Shown in pieces: positions 49,542-63,345 of a DNA stretch of 64,000 bases. The stretch's first letter is position 1. Each line of letters opens with the position of its first letter. The notes beneath the pieces were generated by a model. It worked only from the letters and a program-made list of their open reading frames with translations. It searched no databases and was not told the origin of the DNA. Origin of the DNA: Octopus sinensis (taxonomy: Eukaryota); contig NC_043002.1 of assembly GCF_006345805.1 (NCBI RefSeq), positions 79,980,001 to 80,044,000 on the forward strand. The letters run 5' to 3'. Both the position numbers and the translations under genes were made by a program.

Positions 49542-50419
49542 TAGTTGAAATTTACAGAAAGACAAAAGACGGAGACGGAGACAAGCAATATATATTCTCT
49601 TATTCTTTCTTTTTGGTAATATCCAACCAAACTTCACAGTTTTCCCCGTCAACCACCGCAAAGAAACAATTTCTATACAAGAACGTTTAAATAAAGAAAA
49701 TCTGTTCATCGATAAATACAGAACGTGTCTAAATATGAACGCTTAACTAACTTTGATCTTGGTATATATTTTAATCCATGATCACATACACATCACTGTA
49801 CGTAGTTTTTTTCACTACTTCAGCTTTTAAATCTTTTGAGCGTATTTATCTCCTCCCCGAAAGATGAACAATTACCTCTCTTGTCCCCAATAATAACGAT
49901 CACCAATTACCTTAGATTTTTCTACTTGAATCATAAACTTCAGATAGAATTCCACTTCCTTGTCGCGTTTTCTCTCGAGATTTCGAGACCTCCGAGACGA
50001 AACATCCAACATCAAGTGAAATATTGTCGACAGGGCATCCCCAATTGCCATGTGTAATCTCGCAGAAAACTGTACCTATCAGCAAGTAATATGATGTATC
50101 AAATTGCTGGCACCTTCTGATAAATTTCAATCCACTGGCAGCCGAAAACCCGGTGATACCTCCTTAGTAACAGCTACTCCCAGCATTGCCTGCACCAAGG
50201 TCACCATCACAAATTAACTCCTATGAAGAGCACCGCAAATCTCTAATCCCCAACACTTCATGCTTGTCTTCTAATACACACTCACCCCTTGTGCATATGT
50301 ATGTACTGCATGCATACGCACAGATACGTGTACATTGGTGTACACGTGCGTGTGTGCGCACCAATATACATGTGCACCCGTGCATGTTCATGGATCTATA
50401 TACGCTTACTTGGTTGGAC

Positions 50420-50605
50420 GCGGGCAATAGTTAGCGGCATTTCGGCCATCTTCGCATTCTGGGTTCAAATTCTGCCGAGGTCGACTGCAACTTTCATCCT
50501 GTCGAGGTCAATAAAATAAATACCAATTGAACCCTGAGGTCGATGTAATCAACTTCCCTCCAAACCCGGTGTTGATGACTTTGTGCTAACATTTGAAATC
50601 AGTAG
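50420..50605 (+). mobile_element. SINE family A, partial
   Basis: ttctgggttcaaattctgccgaggtcgactgcaactttcatcctgtcgaggtcaataaaataaatacc. Confidence 0.7.
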
Positions 50606-51125
50606 AGGGTGGGAAAAGAAACCTCAAACATTTTACAATACTTAAACATCAGTGAACAGGGGAGATAAATTCAAGAATTTCAGAGTGATTCTAATAAAAT
50701 ACATTTCAATGATTAGTATATAGTTCGATTTTGTTTTACTCTTGTAAGCAAGAGAACATCTACGGACATCGTTCCAGTCTCGTTGAAACTCATCTGCATA
50801 ATATTGCATATTTTGATTTAAAAAGTGGCAGAAGCTTTTTAGTAAAATAAAAGAGTTACGATGAATTTCGTCCAGCGAAAATTTACAATGCATAAGTACA
50901 TATGTACGTATGTATACAGGGACACGTGGATGTGTGTGTGTTTGTGTCTGTGTATATAGAAACATAGACTAATAGGTATATATACACACACACATACGCT
51001 ACATCTATACAACAAAGACCCACAAAGTGCATACACACATGTACATACATATACACACACACGCACACATACACATACATATGTATACAATTATACTGTA
51101 TGCAGACATCATGCATTACAACTAG

Positions 51126-51162
<37 letters not shown>

Positions 51163-51570
51163 GAGAGAGAAGAGAGATAGGTAGATAGATAGATACATAC
51201 ATAGAATACGCATATATAAATATAAACAGTCATACACACAGACATACCGACACACATACATATATATATGTGTGTGTGTGTGCGCGCGTGCGCGCGTGTG
51301 TGCGTGTTTATGTGTGTGTATTGGAGACGTTACGAAGGTGAGTGTAGGCGTAGGTTGTTACGGTCCGAATATAAGCAGAAGAACCTCTGTTTAGCCTGAA
51401 ATCATTATCAACAAATAATAGCCACCCCGTTGTTGAATCGTAGCGAAGGATTTTATGCTAGACCTAGATGAGAGCTTCTTATTTATAGAAATCTTATATT
51501 TGTGCACGTGAAGATATCATTCTGTTTACTTAATATTCACTTGATATACCACAGATCTGCACGCACACTT

Positions 51571-51578
51571 TATCTATC

Positions 51579-51638
<60 letters not shown>

Positions 51639-51639
51639 G

Positions 51640-51718
<79 letters not shown>

Positions 51719-51850
51719 GTTTGTCCGTATGTCAGTCTTCTCTGTCTATCTGTTTTCTATGTCTGTCTGTGTGCCTGCCTGCCTGTCTGTCTCTCTATCT
51801 TTCTATCTATATCTATATTTATATCTCTCTATCTCTCTAACTCTATCTAT
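51571..51850 (+). repeat. (ATCT)n microsatellite
   Basis: Direct inspection. Confidence 0.95.
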
Positions 51851-51858
51851 CTATCTAT

Positions 51859-51919
<61 letters not shown>

Positions 51920-52217
51920 GTTGTGTGAATATCTATATCTCGTTATTCATATTTATACACATGCAGCTATATATGGATATACACATACATATGTACGTAT
52001 GTACGTATGTGTGTGTTTATATACATATATATATGAGTGTGTGTGTTAGCGTGCGCGTGCACGTGTATGTGTGAGCGTATGCTTGTGCACGTGCGTGTGC
52101 GTGTATGCTTGTGCGTGATTATATGCCAACCAAAACAAATGTTTCCCTCGTACATAAGTAAATACCTTTTTGTGTATAAATTCTACACGATCGAATATGT
52201 CTGTTTATTTAAATGCA

Positions 52218-52267
<50 letters not shown>

Positions 52268-52296
52268 TATATTCATACACACATATATATATACAC

Positions 52297-52330
<34 letters not shown>

Positions 52331-52604
52331 CACACAATATATATATACTGAGAGAGAGAGAGGGTGAGAGAAAGTGTGTGACTGATTCATAGTTACATAT
52401 GCACGTATTACATTATATCTATCAATGTAAATTATATTTGTACACATACGTCTACGTCTACGTGTGAATATATATATATATATATGTATGTATGAATGTA
52501 TGTACGTATGTATATATATCCACACACACACATATATATATACACATTCGTATACCCAATTTTATGTTCATATATATATGTGTATAATATATGTTATATA
52601 TATA

Positions 52605-52635
<31 letters not shown>

Positions 52636-53035
52636 GATACATATGCATAGGTATGTGTGAGCATGTGTGTATGTATGTAGTTATGTATCTATATTTATAA
52701 CAATTCAGAATGTTATGAATGCACAATGGCTGACGGCAGTGTACACCAAATAGAAGTTACATATAAATAACTTCTGTATTTATGAAGGTAGCGTAACTCG
52801 CTCAGTTGGACAAATATGAAATACTCTCCAAAATAAAGTTTGTTCTGTAAATAAGATGTTGAATTGTATTGACCATTCCTGAGGTGGAATTTGCTTGACG
52901 TTTGGTAAAATAGTCGGTTTGTTTGAAATGTAAACTCTAGAAAATGAAAATATGCGTACAGAGAAAATTATTTTATCTAATGTGTGCGTATGTAAACACA
53001 CCCACACACATACACACATATTATATATATATATA

Positions 53036-53080
<45 letters not shown>

Positions 53081-53278
53081 CGTTTAAAAATATAAAAAAA
53101 TAAGTGGAAACTTTATCGGTGAGTGTGTTACGTGTGTTACATTATAAGGCACAAAAAGGAAATGACTCTCCCCAGGCACAACAGTATATATATATATTAT
53201 ATATATATAAGTATATATATATATTTATGCATAGACGTATATGTGTACACACACACACATGTATATATATGAATAAAT

Positions 53279-53317
<39 letters not shown>

Positions 53318-54179
53318 TATGTATATATGGCCTGTGTAAATGTGAATGTATAGGAAAATACTGAGAAAACTTGAAAATCCTTTAAATGTTTTGTTTCATG
53401 GATATTGTTTTTGTCTAATTAAATCAAGTTTAACTTTTTAACAGGAGTAAATAGTTTTTTTCTATGTAATCGTATGTATGAAAAGAAAAAATATAGAAAT
53501 AGACGTTTGCATATAGATAATGCTATCGTATTCTTGTTTAACTGTAAATATACTGAAGTCTATATTCTTAATGTAAGTTTGACATCTTTAACATACGTAA
53601 AAAGCAGAGAAAGAATGAAAGAACGGATCACATATTACTTTTGTATAGAGATGAGTTATAGTCTATGCATGTTTGCGTGTATTTCGGCTAAAAATGATGT
53701 TGCAGCAGAAGAATTAAATCATATTTAACTGACCAGGGCCTGGTCTTCAGCTTAACAAATTTTAAATAATTTTTAGTATGTAAAAACTATGTTTGGGTTA
53801 AGTGAATAAATAGGCTTGTCGCTTTTGACATTTTCAAAATGCGTTTTCGTCGCTTATAACCTAAAGTAAATATTTCTCATGCTCCCTATTTTTTCTTTCT
53901 TTGAGATTATTCTAGCTGTTATTTATGATAGTGCCATTTTGCGTGTTATTATCAGTCCTAGCCCAGTGTTTGGCTCATTATCATTATATCTTAGTGGCGA
54001 ATTCTTATGTAAAAGACAATTCCAGACGGTTTTAACATAAAAAATGAATAATGTTTTTTTAGCTTTCTCATTCTCTTTATTACTTTATATTTTAGAAAGA
54101 TTATTCCGTCACTAATTCTGATTCCGTAGTATAATATTGACAATTGACAATTAACAGTTGACAAGTTCCTTAACTCTTT

Positions 54180-54405
54180 GGGTGTCGTTGGGCCGCTGCA
54201 GCCATGCAGTGTATCTAGGCTGAGAAATGCTGGCGGAATCCATCCCTCTCCTGACTAAACTCATTTCTACAGCTAAGTGAGCTGGAACAACGTGAAATGA
54301 AGTGCTTTGCTCAAGACCACCACGGATCGCCTGGCTCAAGGATCGGAACCACAATCTTACGGTCATGAATCAAACTCCCTAACCAGTAAGCCACGCGTCT
54401 CCACT
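54180..54405 (-). mobile_element. SINE family C
   Basis: gctggaacaacgtgaaatgaagtgctttgctcaaga...ggatcggaaccacaatcttacggtcatgaatcaaactccctaaccagtaagccacgcgtctcc. Confidence 0.75.
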
Positions 54406-54462
54406 GTAGTATACTATTGCTTTCTATTAACGCCATGTAATTGTCTGGAATATAGTCATAAT

Positions 54463-54692
54463 GTCGGCGAGCTGGCAGAAACGTTAGCATGCAGGGCGAA
54501 ATGCGTAGTCGTATTTCGTCTGTCGTTACATTCTGAGTTCAAATTCCGCCGAGGTCGACTTTGCCTTTCATCCTTTCGGGGTCGATAAATTAAGTACCAG
54601 TTTCGCACTGGGGTCGATGTAATAGACTTAATCCCTTTGTCTGTCTTTGTTTGTCCCCTCTATGTTTAGCCCCTTGTGGGTAGTAAAGAAAT
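54463..54692 (+). mobile_element. SINE family A, well preserved
   Basis: gtcggcgagctggcagaaacgttagc...gtcgactttgcctttcatcctttcggggtcgataaattaagtaccag...gtttagccccttgtgggtagtaaagaaata. Confidence 0.9.
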
Positions 54693-56391
54693 ATATAATC
54701 TCGAATTAATAGAAATGCGGAGTATGAATTATCGCCCTTTTATTTTTCTTTCTTAGTGGATGTGAGAATGAAAAGCTATTATGATCACGTCGCTACAAAA
54801 ATGAACTGCGGAAATGAAATGATGCATTTACAAATTTCTGATATGCGGATCATTTAGTCCACACTGAAAGAATTATGCTGGACATGTATATATATATATA
54901 TATATGTTCTCAATAAATGTGGCAAAGAAATTCGAGGCAGCGTTCAAGCTGTGCGATTATTTGAGTCACCTTTCTATCTCTTGCTAATGCACTATTGTAT
55001 TTCGTTCACTATGGCTTTGTGTCTTAGCTTCGTATTATATATTTACTTTATTATGATCGTGTGGTACTTACGAAGCAAGTGATTTGATCTGAGACCGTGA
55101 GTTGAAATTAAAATCTCTTTATATTTGCGCTCCCTTCTAATATAAATAATCTCTGTTGCTGTTGTTATTCTTCTCTGCCCCCTAAGGGAGCCTTTGATTG
55201 AAGGTCTTCCAGTTGCAATCATTCCGCCGTCTTATTTTCAGATTAATATATATCTACAATTAGACCATTACCCAATGCGGCCATCCTTCTTTCAGATGGA
55301 TATTAGGAATTGGAAATTGGTTCTCTTACTAGTAAAGTTGATATCGGCAGCATTTAAATTCATTACGAAAAGAGACACAGAAGAAATGCCGCAAAGCGGT
55401 AACGACCCTGTTCTACATAATTAACTGCAATACGCGACTTCAGTGGGCTGAGTTGTATAATAGAGACTCAAACAACTCGAAAGTGATGTAGACTAGTTTC
55501 TAACCAGACAGTCATGCGAACTTTCAATCCAGCATTGCTTACATATAATATATAACGCTCATGTGCCACAGCTACATCTAGCATGCCTGTTGATCAATAT
55601 TTGCATTTTGAGATTACTAGACAATCTGACTATCATTATACTAATTGTTGATTTGTAAGAGGTTGTTCAAGTCGTTTGTGTTTTGTTTTTTAAGCTGTCA
55701 GTAAAGCAGTGTTTTTTCGGATTTTATTTATTCATTTACCGTTTTACTTTGTAGCGCATTGGAGACTAAAAACGAAACCAACATCACTGGCATACTTAAA
55801 AATAAACTGTATTTAAAGTTGAAAATACAGAAAATATAGAAAAACTATCATTTGTTTGATTTTAAGACTCACAGATGTCTATAAATAATTATGACAGGAT
55901 TTTAAGATATTAAAAAATTACAACGGATTTTCTGATGCTTCTAATTATATTTTCTATAAACCATCAGCAAACCTACGCTGCATGTCTTGCAGGATGCTGT
56001 CTGGGAACGGACGCAGAAGACTTTCATTCTTTGATATTTAATTTTCTTTATACTGAACTTCACTTTAATTGATGGGTCTTGAGAAAGTTGGAGTGCTCAC
56101 GGTCCCTCCTGAACCGGTGAAATCGATGCCGTTAATGTCTCCCTGGAACATTTCTTATTCGATAACAGCGGGAATGATACAAGCAAAGAGAGGTTTCTAG
56201 GAGGATAACGTTGGGTAATAAAACACTGGACGTAGTGATTAGCGCAAGGCCTAAAGTGTTGATTACAGCAGAAATTATAAGAAGACGAGCGACAAATAGG
56301 GCGGCATGGACCTAGTCCTATTCAAGGGGAGGCCATAATTATTAAATATTATGTTTGGATTTTCTACAATATTCTATAATAAGAATACTCT

Positions 56392-56611
56392 CTCTTTACT
56401 CTTTACTCTTTTACTTGTTTCAGTCATTTGACTGTGGCCATGCTGGAGCACAGCATTTAGTCGAGCAAATCGACCCCAGGACTTATTCTTTGTAAGCCTA
56501 GTACCTATTTCTATCGTTCTCTTTTGCCGAACTGCTAAGTTACGGGGACGTAAACTCACCAACATCGGTTGTCAAGCGATTTTGGGGGGACAAACACAGT
56601 CACACAAACAT

Positions 56612-56656
<45 letters not shown>

Positions 56657-56808
56657 AGACAGGCTTCTTTCAGTTTCCGTCTACCAAATCCACTCACAAG
56701 GCTTTGGTCGGCCCAAGGCTATAGTAGAAGACACTTGCCCAAGGTGCCAGTGGGGCTGAACCCAGAATCATGTGATTCGTAAGCAAGCTACTTACCACAC
56801 AGCCACGC
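56392..56808 (-). mobile_element. SINE family B, full length
   Basis: Both halves present around an internal (CA)/(TA) microsatellite, as at 40284-40690 and 62881-63345. Confidence 0.9.
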
Positions 56809-57084
56809 TTACATCTGTATGGAATTTTCATTCCCAGTGTAAAAACTATTTTATAATTTCTTCATTTTTACTTTTCTATTTATCTTACTGAAATCGTTGA
56901 TTGTAGCTATCTATGTCCCAGCTATAAAGAACCTCCGTTCCTTCAAACCAACTAAATCATCAAACCTGACGCGGGCGCCAGGGATATATTGCGAACTTTG
57001 GAAACAAACTACATTACTTATCGTTTCTCTTAACTATCGACCTATCATTGTCATTTCTAAAATCTCAAGGCGATGGAGACAATC

Positions 57085-57560
57085 ATAAACAACCCGTTTC
57101 TCCAGCATCTTGGATCGTTTCCTTCATCGTTCTGTCTCTTTGTCTGCACTTCACATTTCTTAGTGCCCTGTAGTTACGGTTTCCATAAAAACAGATCTTT
57201 GAGCGGCATCTCAGAAGTGGTTTCTCCTTAAGAAATATGGTGATTACAATAATTTTACACTCGGCAACAGCAAACCATTCAACCATGTCTGGCACATCAA
57301 TCTCCCAGTTAAACTGTCTGTCCATGGGCTCCAACCAATTTTTGTATCTTGGATCAATGGCTTCCGACCAGATCGCACATTCACAGCGTTTTTCTTGGTT
57401 CTCCACAATATATCGACACTCAGGTCGCCCAAGTGTCTCTTCTAAATCAGCAATCTCCATGCAATCACTCCCAAAGAGTCCTTTCTTTTACACATGATGC
57501 CGTGCTTAATTCATTCCCGATCAAGAACCATGTATATACATGGCCACTTCAGAACAAATT
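57085..57560 (-). pseudogene. Decayed R4/Dong-like element, pre-zinc-knuckle region
   Basis: NWLEPMDRQFNWEI (cf. WxxKPMHGQFxREI), a frame-shifted AAQ, RNYRA...KCR...ETIQ...GC (cf. CRxCxxxxETIxHIxxGC). Confidence 0.45.
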
Positions 57561-57694
57561 TACACTGACAGAAGACAATCATCTTTAAAAGAACTGTAAA
57601 CACACGATTCCCATTATTTATTTTGTGGTACAAAAAACATGAAAGTATTCAATACAAATTTATTTTGTAAATAAATTTTTCTCTATATATTAAG

Positions 57695-57756
<62 letters not shown>

Positions 57757-57796
57757 TATTATTATTATTATTATTATCATTATTATTGTTATTATT

Positions 57797-58278
57797 GCCT
57801 TTGTACAACTTCTAACGCTGGAGACGTATTACGGTGTCAGCCGTTCACTACCAGTGAACTAAGGCAACACCCCTTATTTTCGAGCCCCTTCCGGAGTATT
57901 CGAGCCCCTTCCGGAGTATTCGAGCGGCTCCAAGCAGTGCTGTCTTTTGCAAGTGCCCCACCCTTATTGCCTCTCCTATTTGTTCCATGTAATTCTCAAG
58001 ATTTTTACTGACTGTTCCCAGGGTTCCGACAATTATTGGTACCACTACCACCTTTTTTCATCGACCACAACTGCTTAACCTCCCAAGCTAACCTTGTCAT
58101 ATCTCTCGACTTTTCTTTCTTCCTTATCGTATACCTTGTCAGCTGGACATGCTATATCTATGATCCAGCACAGTTTACTTACTTTCTCAATTAAGACTAT
58201 GTCTGGCTTCCTATTTTCTATCTCATGGTCGCACTGAATCATAAAATCACACAGAATCTTTGCATTATCATTTTCGAT
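57797..58278 (-). mobile_element. 3' end of an R4/Dong-like non-LTR element: restriction-like endonuclease domain plus 3' UTR, followed by (AAT)n
   Basis: ENDNAKILCDFMIQCDHEIENRKPDIVLIEK...IIDIACP...KEERKVERYD, VVVVPIIVGTLGTV, LQKTALLGAARILRK. Exact 20-bp duplication at 57881-57920. Confidence 0.88.
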
Positions 58279-58279
58279 T

Positions 58280-58327
58280 GTTGTGGTAGTGGTGGCGGTG
58301 GTGGTGGTGGTGGTGGTGGTGGTAGTG

Positions 58328-58363
<36 letters not shown>

Positions 58364-58411
58364 ACAGCAGCAGCAGTAGTAGTAGCAGCAGTAGTAGTAG
58401 TAGTAGTAGTA

Positions 58412-58456
<45 letters not shown>

Positions 58457-58804
58457 CAGTAGTAGTAGTAGTAGTAGCAGTAGTAGTAGTAGTAGTAAGT
58501 AACTACAGTAGCAGCTGTAGTTGTAGTTTTTCGCAGTTGAACCGTGATCAAGCAAAGTCAAAGGTGAAACGCGTTCCTCCAATGACCACACCGTCTATTT
58601 TTATATGTCTATAAATGCATTGTTCAAACTTGCTCTTGGAATTTCATTTGAAGACAATAAGGTCGAAAATTTAACAAGACATTTGGACTGCTATTTCTAG
58701 TAGGTCAAGCGACCAAAGCGAATGGCTGTCGTTGCTTCATAGCAGTAGAAAGAGAATGAAAAGATGCTGCTGCTGAAGTTGTTGTTGGTGATGATGACGA
58801 TGAC

Positions 58805-58836
<32 letters not shown>

Positions 58837-59212
58837 CGATGATGACGATGATGATGATGGTGCTGCTATAGTTAATATTGTTGATTTTGCAAGCCATGAC
58901 TGCGTATTTCTGTGTCAGACGTTGCCGTCGTTGCCGCTGCTGCTATTGTTGTTGTTGTTGATGGTGGTGGTGGTGGTGATGGTAGTGGTGGTACTTTTTT
59001 TTTCTTTTTCATTGCAGATGTTGTTGTTGTTAGTGCTATCGAGTTATTTTTCACAGTTTGACCCGGGTTTTAAATCGTTTCTGTAACCTTAGTGTATTTG
59101 TTTAGTGTTTTCTCATTTATTTCAGCTCCAGCCGCCACTTCACTTGCGAATGGCGGAGGTTCATCAGCTGACCTCATCGATAACTGAATCAATTCTTTGT
59201 TTGATATTATTA

Positions 59213-59263
<51 letters not shown>

Positions 59264-59348
59264 TATTATATTATTATTATTATTATTATTATTATCATCA
59301 TCATCATCATCATCATCAGTATTATTATCATGATTATTATTATTATTA

Positions 59349-59410
<62 letters not shown>

Positions 59411-59550
59411 CATTGATATTATTAATATTATTATTATTAGTAGTAGTAATTGTAGTATCGTTGCTATTATTATTGTTACAAATTTTATTATTATTGTTGT
59501 TATTATTAGTATTATTATTTTTATTATTATTATCATCATCATCATCATCA

Positions 59551-59615
<65 letters not shown>

Positions 59616-59640
59616 GTTATTATTTATTAATTTTTTAGTG
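58280..59640. repeat. Cluster of trinucleotide microsatellites (GGT, AGT, GAT, GTT, ATT, ATC)
   Basis: Direct inspection; the source of the poly-Y/L/I/T ORFs. Confidence 0.9.
59126..59187 (+). CDS. Candidate short terminal exon (xPAATSLANGGGSSADLIDN*)
   Basis: Good acceptor gtttttctcatttatttcag| followed by a GC-richer unique stretch between microsatellites. No upstream exon or homolog established. Confidence 0.25.
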
Positions 59641-59749
59641 TATTATCTTCTACAAACGAAAACGCTCTCTGATATGCAGGTGTGTCTACGCTCGCATACA
59701 TAACACATTCACATTCTGGCACAGACACTCCCAGGTGTGCATGCATCGT

Positions 59750-59751
59750 AT

Positions 59752-59806
<55 letters not shown>

Positions 59807-60665
59807 TTCATATACACTCTAGCTCGTATACACAAAAGTGCAGATATGCAATCACTTACACATCTACATGAATGCAAATTTCACGCGCGCACACAGTCAT
59901 ATATACACACTCACACACACGCACACATATATGCAATTGATGATATACACATACACACACACACATGCATACACGCACTCACAATCACATGCTGCATGAG
60001 ACGAGATATGCACACAAACATATGTATAAGTATACGCACTTGCAAGTGTAAATTTCAATGCACGTATGCACTCGTGCGCTCACAAACATACACACACATA
60101 AACATAAGCTCACATATACACGCTCAGGCATTCAGGTACGTATATACACAAACACTATCATACCAACAAACATTTAAAAGTATTCTTACACACACTCAGA
60201 TGCTAACTTATACACATACACACACATACATGCTCACACCCACACACACATGCAAAAACTCATATACACACACGCAGAAACACTAAAGTGTAGACTCACA
60301 CTCACACACACGCACACACACTCACACACTCACACACTCATTCATGAATATACTCAAGTGTGTATATACGCAAACACGCTCATACAAATGCACACTCACT
60401 CAGGCACTCACTCACACGCGCACACTCAAACACACACACACACGCACTCATACTCGAACATACTCTCTCTCTCTCTCATACACACACACACTCAAACACA
60501 CTATCTCCCTATCCCTCTCTCTCTCTCTCTCTCTTTCTCTCTCACACACGCACATATACTTACACAGATACACACAAACATCGAAGTACACTCAAACACT
60601 CACACACGCAGAAACAGTCGCACACTCACAAAGAAACTCACAAAGAAGCACATACTCACACACCT
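59750..60665 (+). repeat. Degenerate (CA)-rich low-complexity tract
   Basis: Direct inspection; the source of the HT-repeat ORFs. Confidence 0.9.
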
Positions 60666-61105
60666 GTATCGTGGAATACAGGAATATGTTTCATTTTTTT
60701 CCATCCTGGTTTTTGTGCTTAAATTTCTTAAACGAATATTGCAATGTTGGCATCAGATCAGATAAAAGACCAGTTTTGTTTACGAACACATAACAGAAAC
60801 AGATGAGAGAATGGGGCGATACAGGGTGAGATAGGAAGCAGGAATAAAGAGAGCGAGTAACAGAGAGGATACAGGAAAAACATCGAAATATAAGGCATAT
60901 AACGTAATGGTATAAAGTGCGCGATGTAGCAGTTAGTTCGAAGAAGATGGCGGACGGATGATATAAAACTGCGAAACAAAAAGAGAAAGCGATAAAGGGC
61001 AGACACATAAGCATACAGACAAAATATATATAGTCCACCTGAGACACACATGCATATATAAATATTTCTTTATATATATGTATATATATATTATATTTTT
61101 TTATT

Positions 61106-61137
<32 letters not shown>

Positions 61138-61168
61138 TATTTATGTACGTACGTAAGTACGTTCGTAC

Positions 61169-61199
<31 letters not shown>

Positions 61200-61479
61200 T
61201 GTATGTATGTATGTATGTATGTATGTATGTATGCATGCGTGTGTGTATTTACGTACCCAATACACCTTGAAATTTCATATGTAGTCATTAAGATGTAAGT
61301 GTAAGGTTTGGCAAGGTCCATCCAGTGTAATCGGTCGCCAAGTTAAACTATAGTTTACTGGTTCGACTCCAATGCAAAGTGACACCTGTTTTCTTCGTGG
61401 TCGAGTACATTTGAAAATGCCACACACACACAAGCATATGTGTGTGTGTATAAATATGCCTATAAAAGACTTTTTTGTG

Positions 61480-61790
61480 TAATGAGATAAAGAACCAAGG
61501 CTGTGTAGATATTAGAACATTTATTGATAGTAGGTCTTACAGCTGTTCCAAGGTGTTTATTAACTATATCCCTTCATCGGAGACGGTGTGAGAGGATGGT
61601 TAAGTAATAGTTAATTTTGATAGGATACAAAACAAAGAGTGAGATGGAGGAAAGAAAATAGATGTTAGATATATAGGGATATTGAACTTGTAGATCCATT
61701 TTTTAGGCAGAACGGTATATATGTAAGATTTCAATACCTTATGAGTGAGTATTTAAACTTGGTTATTCAAAGTACAGAATTTATGCCTAT
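61480..61790 (-). mobile_element. Probable Penelope-type terminal segment with decayed hammerhead
   Basis: Minus strand 61584-61534: GUCU / CCGAUGA / AGGG...CCUU / GGAA / CAGCUG-UA / AGAC, in a unique block flanked by (TG)/(TA) repeats. Confidence 0.5.
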
Positions 61791-61800
61791 GCATTTACAA

Positions 61801-61833
<33 letters not shown>

Positions 61834-61994
61834 GTGTGCGATGTATGAATGTATATTTGTATGTCAGTATGTAGGTGTATATATATATATATATATGTAT
61901 ATTATATATATATATATATATATAATATATATAATATATATATATGTATGTATGTATGTAAATATATATATGTATGTATAATTTTTGTATAGTT

Positions 61995-62230
61995 CCACGC
62001 AAGAGAGAAACCTGGAATGACACTGTAACCATGCTCAAAGTATTCGTTAATCAAACATTTCAAAGACAATACCGCTAACCTTCCTCAGGGTATGGCATGA
62101 GAGTTTTCTTTATGTATTTGAAACCTATACTATCATGAATTCACTTCAAGATCGTCTTGACGGTGTGTACATCAGGATCTTGACGAGTACTCATAACATC
62201 ACATACGCTAGCCTAGGACAGGAGTCGAAG
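61995..62230 (+). pseudogene. RTE/RTE-X-like LINE C-terminal fragment
   Basis: ESFLYVFETYTIMNSLQDRLDGVYIRILTSTHNI (cf. ESVLLYGxETWTLTxxLExRLDGxYTRMLRxxLNI). Confidence 0.65.
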
Positions 62231-62880
62231 GATTAAATATGTTGACACACCCCACTCAAATCTTCTACTGTTGTTCAAGCTGGGTATGTTTTCGATCACC
62301 AATGCTATTATGGTCTATTGCACGCCATATAAAATACTGTATTTTGAAAAAAAATGCACACATTGTTAGGAAGTGAAGCCACTGGACTGTATTGATGTTA
62401 TTAGTAGAGAAAAAACAACAAAATTTATGACCTACGAATGATAGTAATGAACAGCTATTCCTGACGCAGCACATCGGACTGCTTACAGCAAATAAAATTT
62501 ATCCTTGAGTTTAAATGTACTCCAGTGTTCGAACTCTTAGCTTAGAGATTCAGACAAGGCCAGAGATAGGTATAAATAGTTAAACTTACTAAAAAATGTC
62601 TGGACAACCAGACAACATATTGACAATGATTCCAACATCCATTTCGATATTTGGTCAGCATCACAGACAAATAATGGATCGGAATTATAGTGAGTAAGCC
62701 ATAAGAGTTAGGTGGTATCAAGCAAAGGAAGGGGTGTTTTTGATGGTTTTTCTGTGTTGGTGGATGACAATAGTAATGGTTGACCGTAAGCTGGTATGGA
62801 TTGCTGGTGATGGTGGTTGTCAGGGGTTCACGCTGAGTGATGCACAATCGGTAGTAAAGGTGATAAATGATTGTAGTTAC

Positions 62881-63110
62881 TCTTTTACCCTATTACTTGT
62901 TTCAGTCATTTGACTGCGGCCATGCTGGAGCACCGCCTTTAGTCGAGCAAATCGACCCCAGGACTTATTCTTTGTAAGCCTAGTACTTATTTTTTCAGTC
63001 TCTTTTGCCGAACCGCTAAGTTACGGGGACGTAAGCACACCAGCATCGGTTGTCAAGCGATATTGGGGGGAACAAAGACAGACAGAAACACACACACACA
63101 CACATACACA

Positions 63111-63193
<83 letters not shown>

Positions 63194-63345
63194 GACGAGA
63201 TTCTTTCAGCTTCCGTCTACCAAATCCACTCGCAAGGCTTGGGTCGGCCCGAGACTATAGTAGAAGACACTTTCCCAGGGTGCCACGCATTGGGACTGAA
63301 CCCGGAGCCATGTAGTTGGTAAGCAAGCTGCTTACTACAGAGCCA
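62881..63345 (-). mobile_element. SINE family B, full length
   Basis: acttgtttcagtcatttgactgcggccatgctggagcaccgcc...ttccgtctaccaaatccactc...ggactgaacccggagccatg. Confidence 0.9.

Noticed and set aside
49912-50130. Minus-strand frames with a possible AAG|GTAATT donor (…RKRDKEVEFYLKFMIQVEKSK)
   Set aside because: Weak acceptor, several frames equally open and no homology recognised.
55992-56035. DAVWERTQKTF, resembling the start of a calponin-homology domain
   Set aside because: One residue short of the WEKQQRKTF spacing and stops immediately (IL*) instead of continuing TAW/TKW.
56110-56152. Possible 42-nt minus-strand exon GDINGIDFTGSGGT
   Set aside because: The donor is plausible but the acceptor lacks a polypyrimidine tract, and nothing links it to other exons.
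57881-57925. Short direct repeats suggesting a CRISPR-like array (also 5414-5449, 14015-14096, 29351-29400)
   Set aside because: Contiguous tandem duplications without unique spacers, in eukaryotic TE context.
59110-59175. Minus-strand CUGAUGA followed by a GC-rich hairpin (hammerhead or SECIS?)
   Set aside because: No stem I or stem III partner and no NUH after GAAA. The SECIS helix length and apical AA placement do not fit.
60944-60953. YY1-like AAGATGGCGG with ATG
   Set aside because: The ATG is followed by a stop after four codons, and there are no supporting promoter motifs or splice donor.
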